Origin: Dehalococcoidia bacterium
GTDB taxonomy: Bacteria > Chloroflexota > Dehalococcoidia > SM23-28-2 > RBG-16-64-32
Assembly: GCA_034432935.1 (NCBI GenBank)
Contig: DAOUBD010000028.1
Coordinates: 1,816-65,815 of the forward strand
Length of the DNA stretch: 64,000 bases
Direction: 5' to 3'
Below the pieces are notes generated by a model, which made no database searches, was not told the DNA's origin, and saw nothing but the letters and a program-made list of their open reading frames with translations. This document shows positions 1 through 8,726 of this stretch, piece after piece. The translations under genes were made by a program, and so were the position numbers. Numbering within the stretch: position 1 is the stretch's first letter; each line of letters begins with the position of its first letter.

Positions 1-73
1 AGCGGCGCATGATTTTCGCAGATCGGCTTGACGGTGCCGTTCAAGGATTGCGGCGTGGCGTGGCGTTACTTGT

Positions 74-811
74 TCACTTCCCCTCCGACCGGTCCGACAG
101 GTCCGACCGGTCCGACCGGTCCCACCTGTCGGAAACGTCAGACAGGTCTGACCGCATTTTCTTTCTCTCGCGGTAAAGCCTCTCCGTAAAGCCGCCTTGT
201 TCCAGGAAATTCTGTTCGAGTCTTTCCATCTGTCTGCCCAAAAGGTAAGTCGCCTGGTTAATGAGGCAGATCATGGTGTTGGCCGCCACCTCGGCGCTGG
301 CGGTCTTGAAATTATACGGGTCTGACCCGCCTGACCTGCCCGACCGGTCCGACACGTCCGCCCGGTCCGACACGTCCGACCTGTCCGACCGGTCCGACAG
401 GTCCGACCGGCCCGACCCGCCGGATTTGTACTTCGCCCTCACCGCCAGTGCCTCGGGCGAGTTCTTGTCCCATTGGCGCAAGCTCCGTTGGCGCAGGAAA
501 TCTTCATAGTCCAAGAGCAGTTCCTCGAGACTGGCTCGGGCTACGCCAGTCAGCTTGAGTTCCGTCTTCTTAGATGTAGCCGAAGCCATGCTGCCCTCGG
601 CGATGTTTTGGACTCCGCTGCGTGCCGCCTGCACCATCTGATCACGCGTGCGGGAACCTCTCGGTACGAAACGCTCACAAAATACCACCGTGCCATCATA
701 GATAGTCTGTGCCGCCTGGAAACTTCGCAGCTTACGATACCCCCCGTGCGGCGGCATCAGTTTTCTGCCTGACCTGTCCCACCTGTCCGGCACTTCTACG
801 CTCTCCCCCAA
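74..811 (-). CDS. Four-helix-bundle protein (23S rRNA intervening-sequence / Avd-like family) with three inserted (R/L/V)SD tripeptide-repeat tracts
   Basis: Core 'YRKLRSFQAAQTIYDGT...NIAEGS...ELKLTGVARASLEEL' matches the four-helix-bundle/S23-like family. N-terminal, internal and C-terminal tracts 'RSDRSDVSDRADVSDRSGRSGGSD' are encoded by 9-bp tandem repeats (CGGTCCGAC)n at ~82-140, 309-420 and 760-800. Confidence 0.5.
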   Translation of the reverse strand: MGESVEVPDRWDRSGRKLMPPHGGYRKLRSFQAAQTIYDGTVVFCERFVPRGSRTRDQMVQAARSGVQNIAEGSMASATSKKTELKLTGVARASLEELLLDYEDFLRQRSLRQWDKNSPEALAVRAKYKSGGSGRSDLSDRSDRSDVSDRADVSDRSGRSGGSDPYNFKTASAEVAANTMICLINQATYLLGRQMERLEQNFLEQGGFTERLYRERKKMRSDLSDVSDRWDRSDRSDLSDRSEGK

Positions 812-910
812 AAAGGCTTTCCCCCTCGCGCCAACGTCCTTCGCTGTATTCTAGGCCCAGCGGCCGCATTTCGCCCGGATGGTCTTGGCACCAAGGGGAA
901 ACAAAAGAAC

Positions 911-985
911 TGGAGCCAACGGGGAGATTCGAACTCCCGACCCGCGGTTTACGAAACCGCTGCTCTACCGCTGAGCTACGTTGGC
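911..985 (-). tRNA. tRNA-Thr (anticodon CGU), CCA encoded
   Basis: Minus-strand cloverleaf built by hand: acceptor GCCAACG/CGTTGGC, U8, D-stem GCTC/GAGC, anticodon stem GCGGT/ACCGC with loop TTCGTAA (anticodon CGT), T-stem GGGAG/CTCCC with loop TTCGAAT, discriminator T then CCA. Confidence 0.85.
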
Positions 986-1042
986 TCCCGCAGATATATT
1001 ACACAAACCCCGCCAGGCCGTGAACAGCCCGCGGCCCCCGGC

Positions 1043-1837
1043 CTATATCGCCACCAGCTCCACTTCCCGTACCGGAAAACGCAGCAGCTTGCTGGCCACA
1101 CGGGCGAACACCTGTGGGTCACCAGTCGTGAACCACTGGTACCGCGGCGAGCTGCCAGAGGCCAGGGCATCGGCCTCCCGCAGGAGCTGGCGCACCCGCC
1201 GCGCCACCGGCCGGGAGGGATCGAACACCCGCACCTTGGGGCCCAACATGCTCTTGATGCGGCCCCGCAGGAAGGGATAATGGGTGCAACCTAGGCCCAC
1301 GACATCGGCCCCGCTCCTGACCACCGGCGCCAGGTGCCGCTCCAGCAGGGCCAGCGTCGCCCGGCCGCGCAGGGCGCCCCTCTCCACCATATCCTCCAGC
1401 CCATCGCAGCCAACGTTGATGACCCGCTTATCGGCGGCAAACTCCTCGATCAGGCCCGCCAGGTAGGGGCTGCTGGACGTGGCCGGCGTCGAGAGGACAG
1501 CGATGGTGCCGCTCCTGGTCCGCCGCGCCAGCGTCTTCACCACCGGCACTACACCCACGAAGGGCACGCCGGGGAACGCCTCCCGCAGGTGGCCGATGGC
1601 GTGCACCGTGGCCGTATTGCAGGCCACCACCACCATCTTGGCCTCCCGCGCCAAGAGAAACCGGGTGATCCGCGTCGCCAGGTCCCGGATCTCGGGCGTC
1701 GTCTTCTCGCCGTAAGGGACGTGGCCGCTGTCCGCCAAGAAGAGCATGCTCTCCTGGGGGAGAAGCCTGCGGATGGCGCGCCATATGGAAAGGCCGCCCA
1801 CCCCGGAGTCGAAGAGGCCGATAGGCCGGTTGTCCAT
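1043..1837 (-). CDS. murI: Glutamate racemase
   Basis: 'IGLFDSGVGGLSI', 'VVACNTATV' and 'GCTHYP' motifs typical of MurI. Confidence 0.9.
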   Translation of the reverse strand: MDNRPIGLFDSGVGGLSIWRAIRRLLPQESMLFLADSGHVPYGEKTTPEIRDLATRITRFLLAREAKMVVVACNTATVHAIGHLREAFPGVPFVGVVPVVKTLARRTRSGTIAVLSTPATSSSPYLAGLIEEFAADKRVINVGCDGLEDMVERGALRGRATLALLERHLAPVVRSGADVVGLGCTHYPFLRGRIKSMLGPKVRVFDPSRPVARRVRQLLREADALASGSSPRYQWFTTGDPQVFARVASKLLRFPVREVELVAI

Positions 1838-2082
1838 CTAACATCCCTCCCTCGAACAACTGCTACACGGCGATGGCCGCCGGGCCAAGGCGCTCAGGCG
1901 CGCCTCCTTGCCTGATAATACAACGCAGCCGCGGGCCGCCGCGTTTCCCCTGGGGGCCATCCGGCCGGGCCGCCCGGCCCTACCCGCCCCCTTGACCCCC
2001 CCTGTTATCCTTTATGTGTGGCAGGAGGAGCCAGCCCCGGTGCTTCCCGCAAGGACCGGCCATCTCTCATCGGAGGACCGTC

Positions 2083-3201
2083 ATGATCTCACGCCAAGAC
2101 CTGGAACGCCTGGCTGCCTTCAAAAGCGATGACGGTGTGGTCAGCGCCTACGTCCGCATCGACCCCAAGTTGGTTTACGATCGCCAGGCCCACGCAGCCC
2201 AGTTCAAGGGCGCCGTCCGCGCCTTCCTGCGGTCCAACAAGAACGGCTGGCGGCAGGCCGTCCTGGAGCGCGAGAGCGGACGGATACTCAAGTACCTAGA
2301 AGACCAGCTACCAGCGGGACGGGGTCTCGCCGTCTTCGCCAGCGAGCCAGCCGGCCTGTGGGAGGTCATCTCCCTGGAGGTGCCCGTGCCGAGCTTCGTC
2401 GACGTGGGCACTACGCCCAGCATTGAGGTCTTGGCCCGCATCCTGGACGAATACCCGCGGCTGGCCATCGCCATCGTCCAGCGGGACGCCGCCCGCATCT
2501 ACCTCTCGGAGCAGCGGCGGGCCGAGGAGGAGGCCGCGATAGAGAGCGAGGTGCCCGGCCGGCACGATCAGGGTGGCTGGGCTCAGGCCCGCTTTCAACG
2601 CCACATCGAGGTCCACGTCCAGCGCCACCTCAAGGAGGCGGCGGACGAGCTGGAGAAGCTGTTCTACGCCCGGCCCTTCGCCGGCCTGGTCCTGGGCGGC
2701 TCCCCCGAAGCCGTGGACGAGCTGCTCGGACTCCTGCCCGGCCCCGTCGCCCGGCGCGTCGTCGGCACGGTGCCCGTGGACCTGAAACACGATCCCGAAG
2801 AGGCGATCCTGGAGCGGGCCCGCCAGGCGGGCGCCGAGGCGGAACGAAAAGCGGAGAGCGAACTGGTGGAGCGGGCCGTGAACGCCGCCGCCAGCGGCGG
2901 CCGGGGCGTCGCCGGCCTGCAAGAGACCCTCCAGGCCGTGGCCGAGGGTCGCGTCCACACCCTCCTCGTCGCCGACGGCTTCGCCGCCGAAGGGGCCTTC
3001 TGCCCCGCCTGTGGCTATCTGGCGGCGGGACCTGCGGAGAGGTGCCCCGCCTGCGGCTCCAGCGTCGAACCCGCGCCGGACGTGGTCGAGCGGGCGGTGG
3101 AGCGGGCCTTCCTAGCTGGCGCCCACATCGAGGCCGTCTTGGGCCCGGCCCGGGATAAACTTATGGGCCACGGCGGCCTCGCGGCCATCCTGCGCTACTG
3201 A
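2083..3201 (+). CDS. Bacterial eRF1-like (baeRF) family protein with C-terminal CPACG...CPACG zinc ribbon
   Basis: ATG at 2083 preceded by GGAGGA. eRF1/Dom34-like three-domain layout with a central 'RHDQGGWAQARFQRH' loop. C-terminal 'VHTLLV' block followed by a CxxC-x16-CxxC ribbon. Confidence 0.4.
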   Translation: MISRQDLERLAAFKSDDGVVSAYVRIDPKLVYDRQAHAAQFKGAVRAFLRSNKNGWRQAVLERESGRILKYLEDQLPAGRGLAVFASEPAGLWEVISLEVPVPSFVDVGTTPSIEVLARILDEYPRLAIAIVQRDAARIYLSEQRRAEEEAAIESEVPGRHDQGGWAQARFQRHIEVHVQRHLKEAADELEKLFYARPFAGLVLGGSPEAVDELLGLLPGPVARRVVGTVPVDLKHDPEEAILERARQAGAEAERKAESELVERAVNAAASGGRGVAGLQETLQAVAEGRVHTLLVADGFAAEGAFCPACGYLAAGPAERCPACGSSVEPAPDVVERAVERAFLAGAHIEAVLGPARDKLMGHGGLAAILRY

Positions 3202-3253
3202 CGAACCGCCGGCGGCGTGACACAAGGCGCCCGCCCGCCGATAATACGAGGCG

Positions 3254-3952
3254 ATGCGCCACCTCCATCTTCTGATCGCCTTCCCGCTTCTAGCGGCGCT
3301 TGCCGCTCTCTCCGCCGCCTGCGGGGGCGGCGGAGAAGAGGCGCCCCCGACGACTGCGGGCCGCGGGACGGTGACGCCGGCCGCCCAGACGGCAGCGCCC
3401 GCGGCCGCCCAAACCTACACCCCCGCCAAGCCCAGCTGCCCCGAGGCTTCGGGCGCCGTTCCGGAGGTAAAGATGAAGCGTTACGACCAAGCCCCGCCCA
3501 TGACCATCGACCCCCAGAAGAAGTACACGGCTACCGTCAAGACCGTTCGCGGCGACTTCACCATCGTCCTGCGGCCAGACCTGGCGCCGCAGCACGTCAA
3601 CAGCTTCGTCTTTCTCGCCCGCGACGGCTTCTTCGACGGGGTGACCTTCCACCGGGTGGAGCCTGGCTTCGTCATCCAGGGCGGCGACCCCACCGGCACG
3701 GGCACAGGCGGCCCCGGCTACAAATTGCCGGCCGAATTCACCCAGAAGGAGACCTTCGTCCGGGGCGTCGTCGGCATGGCCCGCACTGCCGACCCCAACA
3801 GCGCCGGCAGCCAGTTTTTCGTGACCCTGGGTGACGCGCACCACCTGGACGGCCAATACACGATCTTCGGCACCGTCTCTTCGGGCATGGATGTCGTGGA
3901 CTGCATCCAGCGGGGGGACGCCATCATCGCCATTGAGATCAGCGAGCAGTAG
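3254..3952 (+). CDS. Cyclophilin-type peptidyl-prolyl cis-trans isomerase, lipoprotein
   Basis: Signal peptide plus lipobox 'LSAACGGG'. Cyclophilin core 'FHRVEPGFVIQGGDPTGTGTGG...FFVTL'. Confidence 0.85.
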   Translation: MRHLHLLIAFPLLAALAALSAACGGGGEEAPPTTAGRGTVTPAAQTAAPAAAQTYTPAKPSCPEASGAVPEVKMKRYDQAPPMTIDPQKKYTATVKTVRGDFTIVLRPDLAPQHVNSFVFLARDGFFDGVTFHRVEPGFVIQGGDPTGTGTGGPGYKLPAEFTQKETFVRGVVGMARTADPNSAGSQFFVTLGDAHHLDGQYTIFGTVSSGMDVVDCIQRGDAIIAIEISEQ

Positions 3953-3968
3953 CGCCGGCGGAGCGCGC

Positions 3969-4868
3969 TTAGGCCCGCTGTACCCTGGCGAGGGCCCGCC
4001 CCACGGCGCGCTCCGCGTGGTAGGAGGATCGCACCAAGGGCCCCGCCTCCACGTGGCGGAACCCCAGCGCCAGGGCGTCCTGGCGTAAGGATTCGAACTC
4101 TTCGGGGTGATAGAACCGCTGCACCGGCAGATACCGGGGGCCCGGCCGCAGATATTGGCCGACGGTTAGCACGTCCACCCCAGCGTCGACCAGATCCGCG
4201 AACACCCGCAGCAGCTCGTGCTTCGTCTCCCCTAGGCCCACCATCAGCCCGCTCTTAGTGATTGCGGCCGGGGCCATCTCCTTGGCCCGGCGCAGCAGCT
4301 CCAGCGAGCGCTCGTAGCGCGCCTTAGGGCGGACTCTGGGGTACAACCGCGGCACCGTCTCCATGTTGTGGGCCAGCACATCTGGGCCAGCCGCCATCAC
4401 TGCCGCCAGCGCCTCCCAGTCCCCCATGAAATCCGGCACCAAGAGCTCCACCGTCGTCCCGGGCGAGAGGTTACGGATACGGCGCACGCTCTCTGCGAAG
4501 ATGCCGGCGCCGCCATCGGGCAGGTCATCCCGGTTGACGGAGGTGATGACAGCGTGGGCCACGCCCATGGCGCGGACGGCGCGGGCCACCCGCCGAGGCT
4601 CGAGGGCATCGAGGCCGGCAGGACGGCCGGACTTCACGGCGCAGAAGCCGCAGGCCCGGGTGCAGGTGTCGCCCAGGACGAGAAAGGTGGCGGTGCCTGC
4701 CTCCCAGCACTCCCCGATGTTGGGGCAGCGCGCCTCCTGGCACACCGTGTGCAGGCCGGCCCAGCGCACCAGCGCCTGTACCCGCAGGTAGTTCGGGCCC
4801 CCGGGGAAGCGAACGGTAAGCCACGGGGGCTTCCGCTGCGGACTCGAGCCGCCGGTCATCTCGGCCAC
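3969..4868 (-). CDS. lipA: Lipoyl synthase (radical SAM)
   Basis: N-terminal Cys cluster 'CQEARCPNIGEC' and radical-SAM 'CTRACGFC'; overall LipA architecture. Confidence 0.9.
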   Translation of the reverse strand: MAEMTGGSSPQRKPPWLTVRFPGGPNYLRVQALVRWAGLHTVCQEARCPNIGECWEAGTATFLVLGDTCTRACGFCAVKSGRPAGLDALEPRRVARAVRAMGVAHAVITSVNRDDLPDGGAGIFAESVRRIRNLSPGTTVELLVPDFMGDWEALAAVMAAGPDVLAHNMETVPRLYPRVRPKARYERSLELLRRAKEMAPAAITKSGLMVGLGETKHELLRVFADLVDAGVDVLTVGQYLRPGPRYLPVQRFYHPEEFESLRQDALALGFRHVEAGPLVRSSYHAERAVGRALARVQRA

Positions 4869-4966
4869 GCCCCCATTCTAGCACCCGCCTGGCAACCGGA
4901 GCGCACTTCGAGGCGTCTATCCTTGTACCTGGCGCTGAGATGACCATAGGATAGGACAGGCTCACC

Positions 4967-5629
4967 ATGCGCGATCTCCTGGTCATAGGCAGCGACACCC
5001 TGGCGCCCTACGTCCATGCCCTGAGGCAGGACGGTTATCGCGTAGAGGCATGCCCCCCGGGGCGCCTGGAGGCGCCGGCGGGCGGACGCTACGCCGCCGT
5101 CATCATCGAACTGGCGGCAGCCGCCGAGGACAGCGCTGCCAAGAGGCTGCTCGAGGCTGCTCAGCGGGGCGACGCGCCGGCCATCATCGCCATCATCCGG
5201 CCAGAGGACGCCGCCGGGTTCGACCCCGCCACCGGAGTGGACGACTTCTGCGTCGCCGGCTGCGCCCCAGAAGAGATCTGCGCCCGCGTGCGCCAGGTCA
5301 TCTGGAAGCGCCATCGGGTGGACGCGAGGAACGTTCTGAAATGCGGCGACCTGGTGATGGACCTGGCCAACTACACCGTGCACGTGGCCGGCCGCCCCGT
5401 CGAGCTGACCTACAAGGAGTACGAACTGTTGCGCTTTCTCGCCACTAACCGCGGGCGGGTCATCACCCGGGAGACGCTCCTCAGCAAGGTCTGGGGGTAC
5501 GACTTCTACGGGGGCGCCCGCACTGTGGACGTCCACATCCGCCGCCTGCGCTCCAAGATCGAGGACCGTCACAACACGTTCATCGAGACGGTGCGCAACG
5601 TAGGCTACCGCTTTCGCGCAACCCCCTAA
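4967..5629 (+). CDS. Atypical OmpR-family transcriptional regulator with degenerate (pseudo-)receiver domain
   Basis: C-terminal winged helix 'LTYKEYELLRFLATNRGRVITRETLLSKVWGYDFYGGARTVDVHIRRLRSKIE...VRNVGYRF'. N-terminal receiver fold lacks the acidic pocket (LLVIGSDT), the phospho-Asp (…VIIELAAAA…) and the conserved K-P. Confidence 0.6.
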   Translation: MRDLLVIGSDTLAPYVHALRQDGYRVEACPPGRLEAPAGGRYAAVIIELAAAAEDSAAKRLLEAAQRGDAPAIIAIIRPEDAAGFDPATGVDDFCVAGCAPEEICARVRQVIWKRHRVDARNVLKCGDLVMDLANYTVHVAGRPVELTYKEYELLRFLATNRGRVITRETLLSKVWGYDFYGGARTVDVHIRRLRSKIEDRHNTFIETVRNVGYRFRATP

Positions 5630-5642
5630 GAGGGCCGCCTCC

Positions 5643-7442
5643 CTACTGGGCCATGGCGTCGGGCCAGACGCCGACGGTGCCCAGGGTGGCGCCCTCCGGC
5701 TTAAGGGAGGCGTCGAACGATGCGCTCTGGCCGGGCCCCAGCACATTCGGGCTGGCGTAGGCGAACTTGCTGCGGAAGACGGCCCCATTGGCGTCGTAGA
5801 AGGCGAGGCAGGCCTTCACCAGCTTGTAGTTGGCGCCGGAGGCGTTGGTTATGGTTCCTGCGGCGTGGAAGTAGCCGACGAAGTCGGTGTAGGTGTTGGA
5901 CACCTGGGCCTGTAGGCCCTCCGGAGCAGGGACGAACGGCGGGTCAAAGAACTGGGCGACCTCCAACTCTACGCGATCCACGCTTCCCGCAGGCGAGAGG
6001 ACCTGTACCTCGAATGGTGATTGGCCTCCCGCGGGTAGGGTCATCAGGCAAGAGTAGCCGGCGCCCGTCTTGAGGAGCTCACCGCCAGGGCCGTATATGC
6101 TGGCTTCTACCCGCACCAGGCCAACGGGACGGTCACTTTCGTTGACGATCTCCCCGGCCGCCACCAGGACGCCGCCGGAATCCACGTGCCAGCCGGTGTT
6201 GCGCAGGGTGAGATGGGCGGGCTCGGGCGTGGGGCTCGGCGCCGGGGTGCCCGAAGAGGACGGCGCCGGGCTGGGGCCCGGGCTCCCGGCCGGGCCGATG
6301 GGCGGGCAGTCCGGCGGCTGGTCCACCGGCAGCCCAGCGGCAAAGCGGAGGATGGCCAGCGCGTCCACGGCGTCCACGATCCCGCTGCAATTCACATCGC
6401 CGAACAGCGGGTTGCCGGTGTCCAGCGCCGCGCACTCCGGCGGCTGCGCCACAGCCAGGCCGGCAGTGTGCCGGAGGACCGCCAGGGCGTCGACGGCGTC
6501 CACAGACCCATCACAGTTGACGTCCGAAACCGATGGCGGGCCAACCTGCCAATCCGGGTTGAAGCTGGCGTGGTCGGCGGTCAGGGCGTGAGCGCCGGAG
6601 CCATCGGCGTCCATAACGAAGACGTCGCTGGAGCCGAGGAGCAGGTCCACGGCGAAGGCGATCTTCGTGCCATCGGGCGACCAGTCTGGTGTGGCGTCAG
6701 GGTCCAAGACGCTGTTGGTGAGGTCCTCTTGCCCCGTGCCGTCGGCGTTCATCACCCAGATGTCCGTGCCGCTCGCTCCGCTACGGGCGAACACGATGCG
6801 GGTGCCGTCGGGAGACCATGAGGGATCGCCATCGTACCCTGGGTTGTCGGTCAGGGCGACGCGGTTGCTGCCGTCAGCGTCCATGACCATGATTTCGAAG
6901 TCGCCATCCTCGTTGCTGGCGAAGGCGATCTTGCTCCCGTCTGGCGAGAAGTCAGGGGAGGTGTCCACAGCGTGGCCTTGGCTTAGGTTTACCTGGTTGC
7001 TGCCGTCCGAGTCCATGATCCAGATCTCGTCGCCGCGGCGGAAGGCGATGGTCTGGCCGTCGGGGGACCAGGCGGGTCGCAAGTCGGGCGCCGGGTCGTC
7101 GGTGAGGCGGGTGACGTTGGCGCCATCGGCGTCCATGAGGTAGATCTCGCGGTTGCCGTCCCTCTCACTGACGAAGGCGATCTTGCTGCCGTCGGGGGAC
7201 CAGGCGGGATCGAAGTCGTTGGCCGGGTTATCGGTGAGGTTAGTCTCGCCGCCGCCGTCCTCGTTGATGACGAAGATGTCGCGCTGGCCGCTCAGGTCCC
7301 GCTCGAAGGCGATCTTGCCGTTGGCGCCGGGGAAAGTAGCGCCCGCAGGAGGGCTGGGGTTCAGGTATAGCGCTGCCAGCACCGCTGCGGCGCAGGCGGC
7401 AAGAATGACCGGAAGTAGATAACTCCTTCGGATCGCGGCCAT
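5643..7442 (-). CDS. Secreted multidomain protein: TolB-like beta-propeller, two Cys-containing dockerin-like repeats, Pro/Ser linker, unknown C-terminal domain
   Basis: Signal peptide. At least 8 PD40-type blades ('DPAWSPDGSKIAF', 'RPAWSPDGQTIAF'…). 'DVNCDGSVDAVDALAVLRHTAGL…PPEC' occurs twice. Linker 'GSPGPSPAPSSSGTPAPSPTPEP'. Confidence 0.6.
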   Translation of the reverse strand: MAAIRRSYLLPVILAACAAAVLAALYLNPSPPAGATFPGANGKIAFERDLSGQRDIFVINEDGGGETNLTDNPANDFDPAWSPDGSKIAFVSERDGNREIYLMDADGANVTRLTDDPAPDLRPAWSPDGQTIAFRRGDEIWIMDSDGSNQVNLSQGHAVDTSPDFSPDGSKIAFASNEDGDFEIMVMDADGSNRVALTDNPGYDGDPSWSPDGTRIVFARSGASGTDIWVMNADGTGQEDLTNSVLDPDATPDWSPDGTKIAFAVDLLLGSSDVFVMDADGSGAHALTADHASFNPDWQVGPPSVSDVNCDGSVDAVDALAVLRHTAGLAVAQPPECAALDTGNPLFGDVNCSGIVDAVDALAILRFAAGLPVDQPPDCPPIGPAGSPGPSPAPSSSGTPAPSPTPEPAHLTLRNTGWHVDSGGVLVAAGEIVNESDRPVGLVRVEASIYGPGGELLKTGAGYSCLMTLPAGGQSPFEVQVLSPAGSVDRVELEVAQFFDPPFVPAPEGLQAQVSNTYTDFVGYFHAAGTITNASGANYKLVKACLAFYDANGAVFRSKFAYASPNVLGPGQSASFDASLKPEGATLGTVGVWPDAMAQ

Positions 7443-7546
7443 GTAGCGCCTCTCGCTAGTACAGACGCGCCGCGTCGCCGCTGCGATACGTCAGGCCAGG
7501 CCGGCAGCGGACGGCGGGCCGTCAACGAGGGGCGCGGCGGCCGGGA

Positions 7547-8332
7547 TCAACGGCCGCGGAAGACGGGCTGGCGCTTCTCCAGGAAGGCTCGGGCGGCCTC
7601 GCGGTGGTCCTCGGTGAGGCCGGTCATGATCATCCCCTCGGCCTCCGCCTGAAGGAGGGTGGGGAAATCGCAGACGAGGGCCAGGTTCAGGTTCTGCTTC
7701 ATCCGGGCCAGGGCGATGGGCGGGCCGTTGGCCAGCTTGGCGGCTAGAGCGTAGGTCTCCTCACGCAGCCGATCGTCGGGAACGGTGCGATTGACGAGGC
7801 CGATGCGTTCGGCCTCGCGGGCGTCGATGATGTCAGCCGTAAAGTAGAGCTCCCGCGCCTTGGCAGGGCCGACTAGACGTTGCAACATCCAGGTGCCGCC
7901 GAAGTCGCCGGAGAAGCCGACGCGGGCGAAGGCAGTAGTGAACCGGGCGCTCTCCGCCGCAATGCGGATATCGCAGGCCAGGGCCAGGCTCAGCCCGGCG
8001 CCCGCGGCTGGCCCGTTGATCATGGCGATGGTGGGCTTGGGCATCTCATGCAGGAGCCGGGAGGCTTCTTCCTGCCGGCGCAGCCTGCCGACCGGGTCGG
8101 CAGGGGGCACACGGTCCACCATGGCCGATACGTCCCCGCCGGCGCAGAAGCCGCGGCCAGCGCCGGTGATCACCACACAGCGCACGTCAGCGTCCTCCGC
8201 CAGCCGGGCCAGGACATCGGCGATAGTATCCAACAGCTCAGGGTTCATGGCGTTCAGCTTCTCTGGCCGGTTCAGAGTGACGGTGGCTATGCGGTCTCTT
8301 ACCTCGGTCAAGACGGTCTCTGGGCTGGTCAT
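7547..8332 (-). CDS. Enoyl-CoA hydratase/isomerase (crotonase family)
   Basis: 'VTLNRPEKLNAMN' and 'GAGRGFCAGGD' oxyanion-hole motifs. ATG at 8332 preceded by GGAGG; the track ORF carries a 5' extension. Confidence 0.8.
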   Translation of the reverse strand: MTSPETVLTEVRDRIATVTLNRPEKLNAMNPELLDTIADVLARLAEDADVRCVVITGAGRGFCAGGDVSAMVDRVPPADPVGRLRRQEEASRLLHEMPKPTIAMINGPAAGAGLSLALACDIRIAAESARFTTAFARVGFSGDFGGTWMLQRLVGPAKARELYFTADIIDAREAERIGLVNRTVPDDRLREETYALAAKLANGPPIALARMKQNLNLALVCDFPTLLQAEAEGMIMTGLTEDHREAARAFLEKRQPVFRGR

Positions 8333-8534
8333 GGCGCCTCCTCTCGCTATCTCCTGCCTTGAGCCATCATAGGGGGAGTGACCACCGGCTGAAAAGCCTT
8401 GAACAGGGGCGGCGAGGGAAAACCTTGGCACGTTATTCACATATATGCGCCGCCACCCGGTTGACTTAAGGGCGCGCCGCGATATGCTATGCGGGAAAGA
8501 ACCGCTCGCCACTGGGTAGAGGAAAGGAGCAGTG

Positions 8535-8675
8535 ATGGAAGCCTACTGCATGAAGTGCCGGACTAAGCGGGAGATGCGGAACCCGCAGCAGGTAACCCTC
8601 AAGAACGGCCGGCCGGCGACCCAGGGCTCCTGCCCGGTATGCGGGACCAAGCTCACCCGCATCGGTAAGGGCTAG
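8535..8675 (+). CDS. Small zinc-ribbon protein (DUF5679-like), 46 aa; not in the ORF track
   Basis: RBS GAAAGGAG, then ATG; 'MEAYCMKCRTKREMRNPQQVTLKNGRPATQGSCPVCGTKLTRIGKG' with CxxC…CPxCG. Confidence 0.5.
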   Translation: MEAYCMKCRTKREMRNPQQVTLKNGRPATQGSCPVCGTKLTRIGKG

Positions 8676-8726
8676 GCCCCGGCCTTCCCAGGCTCCTCCG
8701 GCGCCCGCAGCGGGGAGGGAAAGGGT

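Noticed and set aside
82-420. Possible CRISPR array (short direct repeats)
   Set aside because: The repeats are 9 bp, contiguous and in-frame within a CDS, with no spacers. This is not a CRISPR architecture.
261-509. Plus-strand 82-aa ORF with SDRSDR repeats
   Set aside because: It is the reverse-frame reading of the 9-bp tandem repeats inside the minus-strand four-helix-bundle gene. It has no RBS and no independent support.
1334-1915. Long antisense ORFs inside murI and many similar ones (e.g. 2308..2958, 4856..5788, 6186..6821, 11745..12941, 16855..18102, 17993..19228, 23591..24313, 30406..31443, 35606..36670, 37184..38497, 43561..44742, 46017..46880, 59883..60227, 61563..62393)
   Set aside because: High GC content suppresses stop codons in non-coding frames. 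These ORFs overlap well-supported genes on the opposite strand or frame and their products are low-complexity (R/P/G/A-rich).
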